The notes beneath the pieces were generated by a model, which saw only the letters and a program-made list of their open reading frames with translations, was not told the DNA's origin and ran no database searches. A stretch of 64,000 nt of DNA from a virus, in the IMG/VR virus record IMGVR_UViG_3300021420_000018, positions 59,708 through 123,707 of that record; one strand, 5' to 3'. Position numbers and translations under genes: made by a program. Shown here in pieces: positions 18,304-26,454 of this stretch; within the stretch, counting starts at the first letter, position 1; each line of letters opens with the position of its first letter.

Positions 18304-19367
18304 TCGAACGTGATCCTGCGCTTGGGTTGCAGCACCACGAGTGTATCGAGCGCAGCTTTGATGTTTTCAAAGCCCTGCCTTACGTGTTCCCGCAGTTCAT
18401 CATTGGTTCGCAGAGTCACAGCGTTGTGGCCGCCGATCAGGTCTTTCGCCCGATCGACCAGAACCTTCATCTGTAGATCGTTGCCGATGTTGCGCGGGTC
18501 AAAGGTCTCCAAGAACTGCTGGAACTTCGTGATTGAGCCGTCTTGGAATGTTTTCATTCGGCCTTCTTCGTTGGGCGCAAGTCTGTCTGCCAGGTGATTG
18601 ACGAACTCCGACATGTGCCCGCGGAGCAGTTGTCTGTGAACTTGGGTCAGCTCAGCCCAACTCTCTTGCGCCTTTCTGCGTTCCTCGTCGGCCACCTCTT
18701 TACTGATGCCGGCAAGGTTCGGTGCGCTATCGACGTAGACGAATCGCCAATCGACATGGAACGCTGCCATCAGCTCGTCCCTGGTCATGAAGTCGTCGTC
18801 GTTGAACAGAGGACCAAGCCGTTTGGCGGATTCTTCTTTGATCTCGTCGTAACGCTTGCCCAAAGACTTGATGAAAGGCTGGCAGGCCGCGATGCCTTCC
18901 TTGAGTGTGGTGTTGACTTGCTCGACAAACGCGGTCGGCATGATATAGACGCCGCGCTTGATCTGCGATGGAAGAGCCAGGCGTTCGACGTACTGGCGCA
19001 TTTTGCCGTACCGCGACATGATCTCGTCCAACTCTTCGGCTTCGATCAGGCGCTTGGTCAGGTGCAACCATTCCTTATCGACTTGGGCCTCTTTTGCTCT
19101 GCCGCGGGTGTCTCTCTCGACATTGACATCGATGTTCGCGGTGTCTACTTTGCGGCGATTGCCGGTGCCGTGAAACGTGAGGACCATGACGACTGATTTC
19201 GCCATGATGTCTTTCGGCGAAACAAACTCCGGATTCTTCGGCAGTTTGATCGCCGGCAACGGCGGCAACGGTTTGATTTTCTTTTTTGGCGGTAGCGGAT
19301 TTGCCCTGCGAGCCCGGATCGTTTCCCATGCCTTCTTTGCTGCGGCGGTACGTGCTGCTGCTGTCAT
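18300..19367 (-). CDS. DUF3150-like helical protein
   Basis: Helical composition and AAA/DUF1257/DUF2997 context; start reassigned to ATG 19367 behind the extended RBS; ends QPKRRITFD. Confidence 0.65.
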   Translation of the reverse strand: MTAAARTAAAKKAWETIRARRANPLPPKKKIKPLPPLPAIKLPKNPEFVSPKDIMAKSVVMVLTFHGTGNRRKVDTANIDVNVERDTRGRAKEAQVDKEWLHLTKRLIEAEELDEIMSRYGKMRQYVERLALPSQIKRGVYIMPTAFVEQVNTTLKEGIAACQPFIKSLGKRYDEIKEESAKRLGPLFNDDDFMTRDELMAAFHVDWRFVYVDSAPNLAGISKEVADEERRKAQESWAELTQVHRQLLRGHMSEFVNHLADRLAPNEEGRMKTFQDGSITKFQQFLETFDPRNIGNDLQMKVLVDRAKDLIGGHNAVTLRTNDELREHVRQGFENIKAALDTLVVLQPKRRITFD

Positions 19368-19382
19368 TGTGATTCTCCCTTT

Positions 19383-19407
19383 GCCGGATTGTCGGCTCCG
19401 GCTGCCG
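19383..19407 (-). promoter_or_regulatory. Leader pseudoknot copy 4
   Basis: CGGC-A-GCCGGA-GCCG-ACAA-TCCGGC, then AAAGGGAGAATC. Confidence 0.65.
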
Positions 19408-19413
19408 ATGTTG

Positions 19414-19791
19414 TTACCGGCCCTGTCCGCGCAGAATAGCGGCATCGAGCCTGGGTATGAGCGAATCGATCTCCTGCTTCGCTCGCATTGCATCGTTGGC
19501 TACAGGGACTCCGTAATCGCCATCTTTGACATCCACATAGCCTTCGATCAGTTCGTTGATTCTCTCCATCGCCTCAGACGCCTGAATCATGGCTGTGAGC
19601 ATGATCTGGTGAGTCTCAGCATCTGAGCCAAGGGAAAGGCTGAGGACCAATCGCAAAGCATCCTCGAATCGCTTCGATGGCTCACCAAGAATGACAAACT
19701 CTTGAGGAGCCAAGTTGTAGCGATCAAGAAACGCGCGAATGATTCGTCGCGCTTCCGTTCGCTGTCCTGCCAGTTCTGTTAGATCGATCAT
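19414..19791 (-). CDS. Hypothetical protein
   Basis: ATGA overlap with upstream gene. Confidence 0.65.
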   Translation of the reverse strand: MIDLTELAGQRTEARRIIRAFLDRYNLAPQEFVILGEPSKRFEDALRLVLSLSLGSDAETHQIMLTAMIQASEAMERINELIEGYVDVKDGDYGVPVANDAMRAKQEIDSLIPRLDAAILRGQGR

Positions 19792-20069
19792 GCGAACAGC
19801 CTCTTTTCGAGCCACTCGTGTTCGGCTTTGAGCGCTGCGGCTCTGGTTGTGAACGGGCCCAGGATGGGGTTATCGACGTCCAGGTTGAACTGCTTGATCG
19901 CCGGCGACATGTCTGCTATCCAGCGGCCGGATGGCGTTGGCTCAACCAAGCTAGCTCTGGTGATCTCCATCGACGCGTCCGGGAATACGTCCCATAGCGC
20001 GTCGTCGTAGATCGCCAGGATCGTGCCGTTAGGCGCGACTCTTAACTTGAACGTGCTCTGGCTTTTCAT
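19788..20069 (-). CDS. Small hypothetical protein
   Basis: ITRASLVEP..GRW.ADM...GPF.TR..AL.AE..WL. Confidence 0.7.
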   Translation of the reverse strand: MKSQSTFKLRVAPNGTILAIYDDALWDVFPDASMEITRASLVEPTPSGRWIADMSPAIKQFNLDVDNPILGPFTTRAAALKAEHEWLEKRLFA

Positions 20070-20220
20070 ACATCTCCGACGTTTCAACATCGCTCACCTT
20101 CTTCCCGAGTCCTTCTTCGAACTCGCGAGTTAGTTCTTTGCACGACCGGCCCTTCACGCCCTTCACGGTAACTTTGGCGTTGCCGTCAGGCGCGATGCGG
20201 ATGATCACCGTCTCTTCCAT
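20029..20220 (-). CDS. DUF2997 family protein
   Basis: IRIAPDG...VTVKGVKGRSC..LT..FEE.LG.....TSEMY. Confidence 0.85.
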   Translation of the reverse strand: MEETVIIRIAPDGNAKVTVKGVKGRSCKELTREFEEGLGKKVSDVETSEMYEKPEHVQVKSRA

Positions 20221-20221
20221 G

Positions 20222-20635
20222 TCAATCCTCCTCAAGATTGATCTTGCGTTTTGGATTCAACTCCAGCGTCGGTACTTCCTGATCCTCGCGGATGCGTTGC
20301 AGTTCCGCTTGTTGTCTGAGCCCTTTTCTGATGCGATCCACTTCCGCTGCCGTGGCAGGACGTAGACGTTCGGCGGCTTGATAGAACTCAAACACAGCCC
20401 ATACGTGGTCGCACCACAGGTTCGACGATATGGACTGCATTCCATTGATCTGGCCATTCGGACAATCGCACCCCCAGCGGTCGTCCGGGCTTAAGGTGAC
20501 GGTCCACCAACAGCTACTGTTGGCGAAGGCTTTCCATTTACGTTGGCCGAACTCGTTGACGTAGACAGGTGGGTAGAAACGACCGTCAACGGTACGTGCC
20601 GCGACAAACTCAACTCGCGTGATTGTGTATTGCAA
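20222..20635 (-). CDS. SWIM Zn-finger protein
   Basis: WGCDCP...WCDH; ends NPKRKINLEED. Confidence 0.7.
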   Translation of the reverse strand: MQYTITRVEFVAARTVDGRFYPPVYVNEFGQRKWKAFANSSCWWTVTLSPDDRWGCDCPNGQINGMQSISSNLWCDHVWAVFEFYQAAERLRPATAAEVDRIRKGLRQQAELQRIREDQEVPTLELNPKRKINLEED

Positions 20636-20653
20636 CTTTTGTTGCCTCGCAAC

Positions 20654-21061
20654 TTAAGTCGTGCGGGGACGAGTCGCAGTGACCGTGACGTAGCCCTGCT
20701 CGTCGGTTGTCGTCTTAACCTTGAAGCCTTTCTTCTTCCACTGCCTCTTGGTGTATTCGGTGGTGTAGGCTTGCTTCAGTCTCATCGCATCCTGCCCAAC
20801 GAAGTCTTGAAGACCGTAGCCTCGATTGTAAAAATCAGTCTCCAGGCGGAAGCGGCCCGGGCGACCGGTTTCAGAGACGCCGATTTCCATCGCTTGACTG
20901 TTGTTAGGGACGCGAATCGCGTGCTGGCAGCGGCCGTTCTGTCCGGCGAACTGCCTGAACGTTTTCTGGCCCTTGATGTACTCCAATCCAAGGCTCTTTG
21001 CCGCTTCTTCAAGAGCGCCAAGATCGGTGACTTCAAGTTCTATCTGACTGGTGTGGCTCAT
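20654..21061 (-). CDS. DUF1257 (Ycf35-like) family protein
   Basis: MSHTSQIELEVTD..AL..A...LG; EIGV; D.Y; LKQAY. Confidence 0.85.
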   Translation of the reverse strand: MSHTSQIELEVTDLGALEEAAKSLGLEYIKGQKTFRQFAGQNGRCQHAIRVPNNSQAMEIGVSETGRPGRFRLETDFYNRGYGLQDFVGQDAMRLKQAYTTEYTKRQWKKKGFKVKTTTDEQGYVTVTATRPRTT

Positions 21062-21071
21062 CTGTTGCCTC

Positions 21072-21440
21072 CTATTCGAGTGTGATTTTTCTTTTTGGCC
21101 TAAGAACTATTTCCGGTTCCTGCGGCTTCCTGCTTTCGGCACGATGATTAACTTCCTTTATGAGCTGCGCCTTTTTCCCTTCTCCTTGTCTGTGAAAGAT
21201 GAACGCTTGAGCAATGTGTTCGCATGGTGGCGGAACCCATGCAGGCGTCCCTAGCGCGTCTCGTGATGCCGGCGTCCAGGAAGTCTCTTGGCAACTCCCT
21301 GTGCCGCGTGCACCACAATCACACTGCCAAGTCTTGTCCGGGTTGATGCGGGCGATGGCTGGTTCGACATCGCCCCCACTGATTCTGCTGACAGCAAACT
21401 CTACGGTGCCGTCAGGATGTCGCCATACTCGTAGGATCAT
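21072..21440 (-). CDS. SWIM Zn-finger protein
   Basis: WQCDCG...PCEHI; ends RPKRKITLE. Confidence 0.7.
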   Translation of the reverse strand: MILRVWRHPDGTVEFAVSRISGGDVEPAIARINPDKTWQCDCGARGTGSCQETSWTPASRDALGTPAWVPPPCEHIAQAFIFHRQGEGKKAQLIKEVNHRAESRKPQEPEIVLRPKRKITLE

Positions 21441-21443
21441 CGT

Positions 21444-21782
21444 TCAATCCAGGTGGATGAGACGCCGCGTTTGGAGAACGAAGTACGGCTGTGGTGGCGG
21501 CGCGACTGCCGGTGCTCCAGGCCGCCGCCGCGTGGCTGATTGGAATGCGTGCTCTTGTGATGGAGTCGTGCGGGTTTTGTCCACAGGCTCCATCAGCTTA
21601 ACCTGCTCGATGTGCCAACAATCGGCACGCGGCCGCTGTTTGTTGAAGATCCAGCCGCCACAGCTGCATCCCCAGGTGCCGTCTACTTTCATGGCGACGA
21701 CGCGTTTTTTGTCAGGCTCGCTCCGGCTTTCGACTTCCCACCGCGCGATCCACACACCGTTTGCTTCGAGTTTGTTGGGCAT
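21444..21782 (-). CDS. SWIM Zn-finger protein
   Basis: WGCSCGGW...DCWHI; ends QTRRLIHLD. Confidence 0.75.
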   Translation of the reverse strand: MPNKLEANGVWIARWEVESRSEPDKKRVVAMKVDGTWGCSCGGWIFNKQRPRADCWHIEQVKLMEPVDKTRTTPSQEHAFQSATRRRPGAPAVAPPPQPYFVLQTRRLIHLD

Positions 21783-21784
21783 GT

Positions 21785-23371
21785 TCAGTTCACCTGGCCT
21801 TTCGGCGTGCTTCCGCCGCTGCCAGAGGGATCGATCTTGCGACGTCCCTTCACGGCAGCGACCACGCCGACGATCTCGACTTGCGGTTCAGGCTCGAGCC
21901 CTTCCGGCACGTGGTACAGGCCGGAGTAGCTCGCCGAAATGAACTTCTGATCGGCTTGACGGCGCAGATCATCCAGCTTGTCGCGGGAAGAAATGGACAC
22001 CGGCACAATGTACTTCGCCGCTTCCTCGATCGAAGTGCTCAGCACATGCGCGTTGTAACAGCAGTTGCGGATTTCGGCAGGCGTCCAGCCCGTATCGTCA
22101 GGGCGCTTGCCTTTCACATTCCACTTCGCTTCGTACAAGTTCCAGGCCGCTTCCTTCTCAGGCTTGGTCGGCAGATCGAAGAAGAAGGTGCCCGAGCGGA
22201 ACCGGCGCCGCATCTCCGGAGGCAGGCTGTCGAAACGATTGCACGTCGCGATGTAGTAGACCTGGCCCTGGCTGACGGCATGCACCACCTTGAGCGCGGT
22301 GCGGATGTTCTCGCCGGACTGCCCCACAAGCGAGCCCTTCATCCCGGCGAGATCGAAGAAGATCAGCGGCACTTGCCATTCGTTGGCAATCGCTTTCGCA
22401 AGCAGCGTCTTGCCAGAGCCGGCAACGCCCAGGAACGCGCTGCCTTCGGCTTCGGTCTCTTCCATGTCGGTCAGGAGTGCGCCAATCATTTCGGTTGTCG
22501 TGTCTCCTGTGCCTACGGCGCCGAAGTTGGCCATGTGCTTGTCGATCTCATCGATGAATACGACGGCACGGCGTCTGAGAGGACCCTGTCCGCGGCGCAG
22601 ATGGAATCCCTTGCAGTTTCCAAGGCCGATCACGCTGCTGAACGAATCCTTTCCGCGCCAGATGCTCAGGCCTGGCGTCTGTTCGATCTGTTGTCGTTTG
22701 CGTTCCCACAACGCTTCGATATCGAGACCAGCTTTGGTGATGCTCATCGCGCAGACTTGCTCTGCCGGAAACGCAGCGAGGCCGGAAAGCGCTTCGACCG
22801 CACGCTCCACGACTTCGGCCTTTGGCTTCTCTTCGGCTTTGATCAGATTCGCCGCAAGATAGGTTTCGCCCACTATGCCTGCCAGTTGCGCAGCATCGGG
22901 AAGCGGCTCGTCCAGCACCAAAACATCTTGCGCGAGTTCTGGCGGCAGAGTAATCGCTGGACCCACCATGACCAGCGTGCGGGTATCCTCTTTGAACTTG
23001 TCGCGCAAGTTCCAGACAGCTTGGACCACTCGGCTGTCGTGGAAATAGCGATTCAGGTTGGCCATGAAGACGACCGTGCCGGCTGGAATGGCGTTCTTCG
23101 GCGCGATCTTCTTGAGCATGTCGAGAGGATCTTCCAGACGGTTGGCATCTTCGCCGGATCCAGTGATGAGTGACTTCGCGACATTGCGGCCCCGCGGATC
23201 GTTGCAGCCAACAACGCCGTTGACGATATCCCACAGGATCATCGGCGACTCGCCATGCGTCCGGTCGTTCACGATGTTGGCGATGGTCGCTGCATAATCG
23301 GCGGTCCGTACAAAAATGAGCGGAGTCGAAACCTTGCGTGCTGCTTTGAATGTTTCAAGGAAAGTTGGCAT
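21785..23371 (-). CDS. Ycf46-like AAA ATPase
   Basis: Degenerate N-terminal AAA domain; GVAGSGKTLLAKA; SLVGQS; ATCN..SLPPE.RRRF..FFFDLP; WT.AEI. Confidence 0.85.
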   Translation of the reverse strand: MPTFLETFKAARKVSTPLIFVRTADYAATIANIVNDRTHGESPMILWDIVNGVVGCNDPRGRNVAKSLITGSGEDANRLEDPLDMLKKIAPKNAIPAGTVVFMANLNRYFHDSRVVQAVWNLRDKFKEDTRTLVMVGPAITLPPELAQDVLVLDEPLPDAAQLAGIVGETYLAANLIKAEEKPKAEVVERAVEALSGLAAFPAEQVCAMSITKAGLDIEALWERKRQQIEQTPGLSIWRGKDSFSSVIGLGNCKGFHLRRGQGPLRRRAVVFIDEIDKHMANFGAVGTGDTTTEMIGALLTDMEETEAEGSAFLGVAGSGKTLLAKAIANEWQVPLIFFDLAGMKGSLVGQSGENIRTALKVVHAVSQGQVYYIATCNRFDSLPPEMRRRFRSGTFFFDLPTKPEKEAAWNLYEAKWNVKGKRPDDTGWTPAEIRNCCYNAHVLSTSIEEAAKYIVPVSISSRDKLDDLRRQADQKFISASYSGLYHVPEGLEPEPQVEIVGVVAAVKGRRKIDPSGSGGSTPKGQVN

Positions 23372-23392
23372 CTTGATTCTCCCTTTCGTTTT

Positions 23393-23420
23393 GCGATTTC
23401 TTTGCGGCGAATCGCTGCCG
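23393..23420 (-). promoter_or_regulatory. Leader pseudoknot copy 5 (AAA ATPase)
   Basis: CGGC-A-GCGATTC-GCCG-CAAA-GAAATCGC, short linker, then extended RBS. Confidence 0.6.
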
Positions 23421-23762
23421 TTATTTGGCCCTCTTATCCTGTAGCATAAAGCGCCGCATGTGAGCGTACATCCAGCGCCCGCCCGGGGTAAGGTCGCGGC
23501 GTAGCTTCTTGAGCTGTCTGACCAAGAGTGCCCGTCGAATCATGATGTAGATTTCCATCGGTGGAGTGATGATCGCGAACGGAGCACAAATCATCATTCC
23601 CGTTGCGTACAGTATGATCCGGATTTGTTTCAGGCTGAACAGACTCGGCATGTTGCCGTAAGGGATTTGCTTCCGCATCTCTTTCCGGTCTTGGCTCCAT
23701 ACCCACAGCAACCCGAGGAGCATCCACGCCAGAGTCATGATCGCGCCAGGATTCACATTCAT
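23421..23762 (-). CDS. Membrane protein
   Basis: Two hydrophobic segments; extended RBS at 23767-23777. Confidence 0.7.
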   Translation of the reverse strand: MNVNPGAIMTLAWMLLGLLWVWSQDRKEMRKQIPYGNMPSLFSLKQIRIILYATGMMICAPFAIITPPMEIYIMIRRALLVRQLKKLRRDLTPGGRWMYAHMRRFMLQDKRAK

Positions 23763-23777
23763 GGTCGATTCTCCCTT

Positions 23778-23803
23778 GCGCCGTTCGCGGTCGGCAGCTA
23801 CCG
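23778..23803 (-). promoter_or_regulatory. Leader pseudoknot copy 6
   Basis: CGGT-A-GCTGCCG-ACCG-CGAA-CGGCGC, then AAGGGAGAATC. Confidence 0.6.
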
Positions 23804-24013
23804 GTGCAACCACTCTCCCAAGAGCGGTAAGTAGATGGCAACTGCGGCTACGATGGCAAGTAGCGCCAGCGCGTAGGCCACGATCGCCGCAACGTTGACA
23901 ACGCCTTTTAGGTTTATGGTAGTGAAGTGGCGGCCGCTTCCACTACACAGTGTACATTCGTCGGTGCCGCGGCCGTGGCAGGCGGGACACGGAATACTCT
24001 TATGCTGTCGCAT
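23798..24013 (-). CDS. Small CxxCxGxG Zn-finger membrane protein
   Basis: CPACHGRG..CTLCSGSG plus a hydrophobic segment. Confidence 0.65.
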   Translation of the reverse strand: MRQHKSIPCPACHGRGTDECTLCSGSGRHFTTINLKGVVNVAAIVAYALALLAIVAAVAIYLPLLGEWLHR

Positions 24014-24326
24014 TTTTGGCCTCTTGGACTATCCAATCACGGATGGCTTTGATAGCGTCACTCGCCATCTCGATCGTGCTTGGCCAATGCCACTTGTATA
24101 CGCTTCCGATCACGTACGCCGTGTTGCCGCCGGCCGCCACGATCACGGTGTAGTCGGCGTGATGAGTTTCGATAACCTGCGCGGGATTGCCGTGACTGAA
24201 CACGGCAAAGTCTCCAGTTCTGCCATGCTCGATCATTTCCGCGAGCGTGTTAACGAACTCCACTGGGTTGCGGCGAATGTCGCCGATGGCATCGTTGCGA
24301 ATAATCACCGTGGTTTGGTTTCCCAT
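24000..24326 (-). CDS. Hypothetical protein
   Basis: MGNQTTVIIRNDA behind an AAAAGGAG RBS. Confidence 0.65.
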   Translation of the reverse strand: MGNQTTVIIRNDAIGDIRRNPVEFVNTLAEMIEHGRTGDFAVFSHGNPAQVIETHHADYTVIVAAGGNTAYVIGSVYKWHWPSTIEMASDAIKAIRDWIVQEAKNATA

Positions 24327-24489
24327 CAGCTTTTCTCCTTTTTGCGAAAGACTTGCGGAAAGAACAACGTGAGCACCAGATGCAGGGCCGACAGGATCAG
24401 CCCTGCGGAAACGCACGCCGTGATTACGGCGAGCGCGAACTTAACCTTCGCGTCACTGTTAAAAACCCACGACCAAAACTGATATTCGG

Positions 24490-24756
24490 TCATAGCCCAC
24501 CCCAACGATACAGTTCGTCACGGCTTTGAAGGGCAGCCTTCTTCGCCTCAGTGCCAGCGCACCAGAGTTTGTGGCTTTGCCAACCGGCAATAAATGTCGC
24601 CACGCCGGTCAATCCATCGATCAGATGGTGAACGACGCCAGCGAGCGATTGATTAAGCAACGCATCAGACACGCCCTCGATCGCGCCACAAAGAGCCATG
24701 AAGAACAGAAATCCAAACAAGATTCCGTACGTCCCATTACGTCTTGTATGGCTCAT
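24490..24756 (-). CDS. Small membrane protein
   Basis: Two hydrophobic segments; ATGA overlap. Confidence 0.55.
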   Translation of the reverse strand: MSHTRRNGTYGILFGFLFFMALCGAIEGVSDALLNQSLAGVVHHLIDGLTGVATFIAGWQSHKLWCAGTEAKKAALQSRDELYRWGGL

Positions 24757-25694
24757 CGCGCACCTTCCCTTTCTGGCTTTGGCAAGCATCCATCGCAGAA
24801 CACGCCGCGTGAAACTGGCCGGTTGCACCGGACTGCGCGGCGCTGCTCGATGGTATGCGTGGGAGTTTTCATCGCCACGCACAGGGTTTGGCTGTAGGCC
24901 ACTTCATGCTCAACCAATCGCTGCGGCAGTGGTGGGATGTTAAACGCGATGTTTGGCACTCCACTCCCTGCTACCAGTGTTTTGCCGGTGCCAGATTGTG
25001 TCAGCATCGGCTTTTCCAACATGCGGTCGAGTGAGCGGCGGCGACGGCGCATGAATCGCCGGAACGATACCCGCGCTGGCTGATAGGCTCGGCTCTTTTG
25101 GACGAGACCCAACTTGCGGCGCAGCTTGATCCAAAACTCCGCGTTCAGCGGCTTGGTATTAAGCCAACGCAGCAAGTCTGGAAATAGATGCTTCTGAAGT
25201 ATCAGTTCCAGGCGTGCCCGGGCCTCGTTCTTGTTCCGCTTGCACGCGACGCAAACGCGGTAATACGGTTTGTCGTGGACGCACGTGAAAATGCTCGCAC
25301 GTCGCCGGTTCCGCTTCTTTTCCGCTTTGCGCCACGCCGCTGATTTGTGAATCCGCGGCTCATCCGACTGCTTCTTGGGAACGAAGAGAGAATGGCGCAT
25401 GTGGAACTTCCGCAGTTCGGACCACGCCACCATCAGCATGACGTTGGTGCGATTCTTCGGGACGCCGAACCGACGACGCCACTGTTCGATTTGAATCGGG
25501 TGTAAGTCTTTGACGCGCCACTGGTGCCACGGCAACTTGGTTCCGGCTAACTGGTGCGCGAGGCGCTTGCCGGCGTGCTTGGCTAACCGCGTGCTGTCTT
25601 TGCTCGCGGTCGATAGACTGCTGCGAAACTCCGATGGCGTCGCCGCGATCTCTCGCTTCGACCAACGACGACTACGCTTCACGTGGCGCGTCAT
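24753..25694 (-). CDS. Basic hypothetical protein
   Basis: 313-aa Arg/Lys-rich ORF; CxH..CxxC. Confidence 0.6.
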   Translation of the reverse strand: MTRHVKRSRRWSKREIAATPSEFRSSLSTASKDSTRLAKHAGKRLAHQLAGTKLPWHQWRVKDLHPIQIEQWRRRFGVPKNRTNVMLMVAWSELRKFHMRHSLFVPKKQSDEPRIHKSAAWRKAEKKRNRRRASIFTCVHDKPYYRVCVACKRNKNEARARLELILQKHLFPDLLRWLNTKPLNAEFWIKLRRKLGLVQKSRAYQPARVSFRRFMRRRRRSLDRMLEKPMLTQSGTGKTLVAGSGVPNIAFNIPPLPQRLVEHEVAYSQTLCVAMKTPTHTIEQRRAVRCNRPVSRGVFCDGCLPKPEREGAR

Positions 25695-25984
25695 GCTGCC
25701 ACCTGTTTTTTCCTTCGGACCGGGATGCCTACCGCTTCCGGCGCGAACTTTTTAATGTGTCGGCAAGGATTCCGCATCCGGATGATCTCGCCGTTCTTCT
25801 GCTTCACGTTTCGCGGGACGATCCACCCCAAACAGGAGCAGGCCCACTTGCCATTCTTGCAAGTGACGGTGTAATGACGGCGCGCGTCGCTCGACGAAGT
25901 GACTTCGATTCTCCGAACACCGGCGCGCTTGGAGGACCGAATCACGCGGATTGGCTTCGGCTCTTGCCAGTAGTGTCGGCTCAT
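25691..25984 (-). CDS. SWIM Zn-finger protein
   Basis: YTV...WACSCLGW...PCRHI. Confidence 0.75.
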   Translation of the reverse strand: MSRHYWQEPKPIRVIRSSKRAGVRRIEVTSSSDARRHYTVTCKNGKWACSCLGWIVPRNVKQKNGEIIRMRNPCRHIKKFAPEAVGIPVRRKKQVAA

Positions 25985-26277
25985 GCTGCCACCTCTGCGC
26001 GCCACTTCTTGAAGACCAGCTTCGCGTGGTAGGACTTGTGGCAGGATTGGTGCGCTACGCGGCGGTTAGCTTTCCGATTGTCGTCGTGGTTACCGTTCTT
26101 GTGATGGATGGTGATATCCATGTCGAAGATCGGCGCTCTGGCGTTTCCGAACTTCGGTTCGATATCCGTAGGAAGAAATCCCTTGTTGCAGAAGAAGCAC
26201 TTTTCGCCTTCAAGAAAATGCCAGAGCAACTCGCGGCCCTTGTTCAGCTCCATCTCAGTTCGTCTCGACATTGCCAT
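25981..26277 (-). CDS. Small HNH-domain protein
   Basis: CFFC...TIHHKNGNHDDN...N....HQSCH..YH. Confidence 0.75.
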   Translation of the reverse strand: MAMSRRTEMELNKGRELLWHFLEGEKCFFCNKGFLPTDIEPKFGNARAPIFDMDITIHHKNGNHDDNRKANRRVAHQSCHKSYHAKLVFKKWRAEVAA

Positions 26278-26343
26278 TCTGTTTCCCCTTTCTCTCTAAC
26301 TGCGCTTGCTAGCATTTGGGTCGTTCTTATACTAGCGTTCAGC

Positions 26344-26372
26344 ATTATAGCTTAGTCGGCACGATAGGTCAA
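26344..26372 (-). promoter_or_regulatory. Strong sigma70 promoter heading the early region
   Basis: TTGACC-TATCGTGCCGACTAAGC(17)-TATAAT in an intergenic gap. Confidence 0.8.
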
Positions 26373-26454
26373 GCACGAATAACCGTTTACTGTGTCGGGC
26401 AAGGTGGGGCTAGTGGCGAGAAAGGTACGGCTATTGACTAGGCGAAAAGGCCTG

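Noticed and set aside
4000-23777. Repeated GATTCTCCCTTT as a CRISPR array or mobile-element ends
   Set aside because: Copies are dispersed at irregular kb spacing and always sit at start codons; no cas or transposase gene is present.
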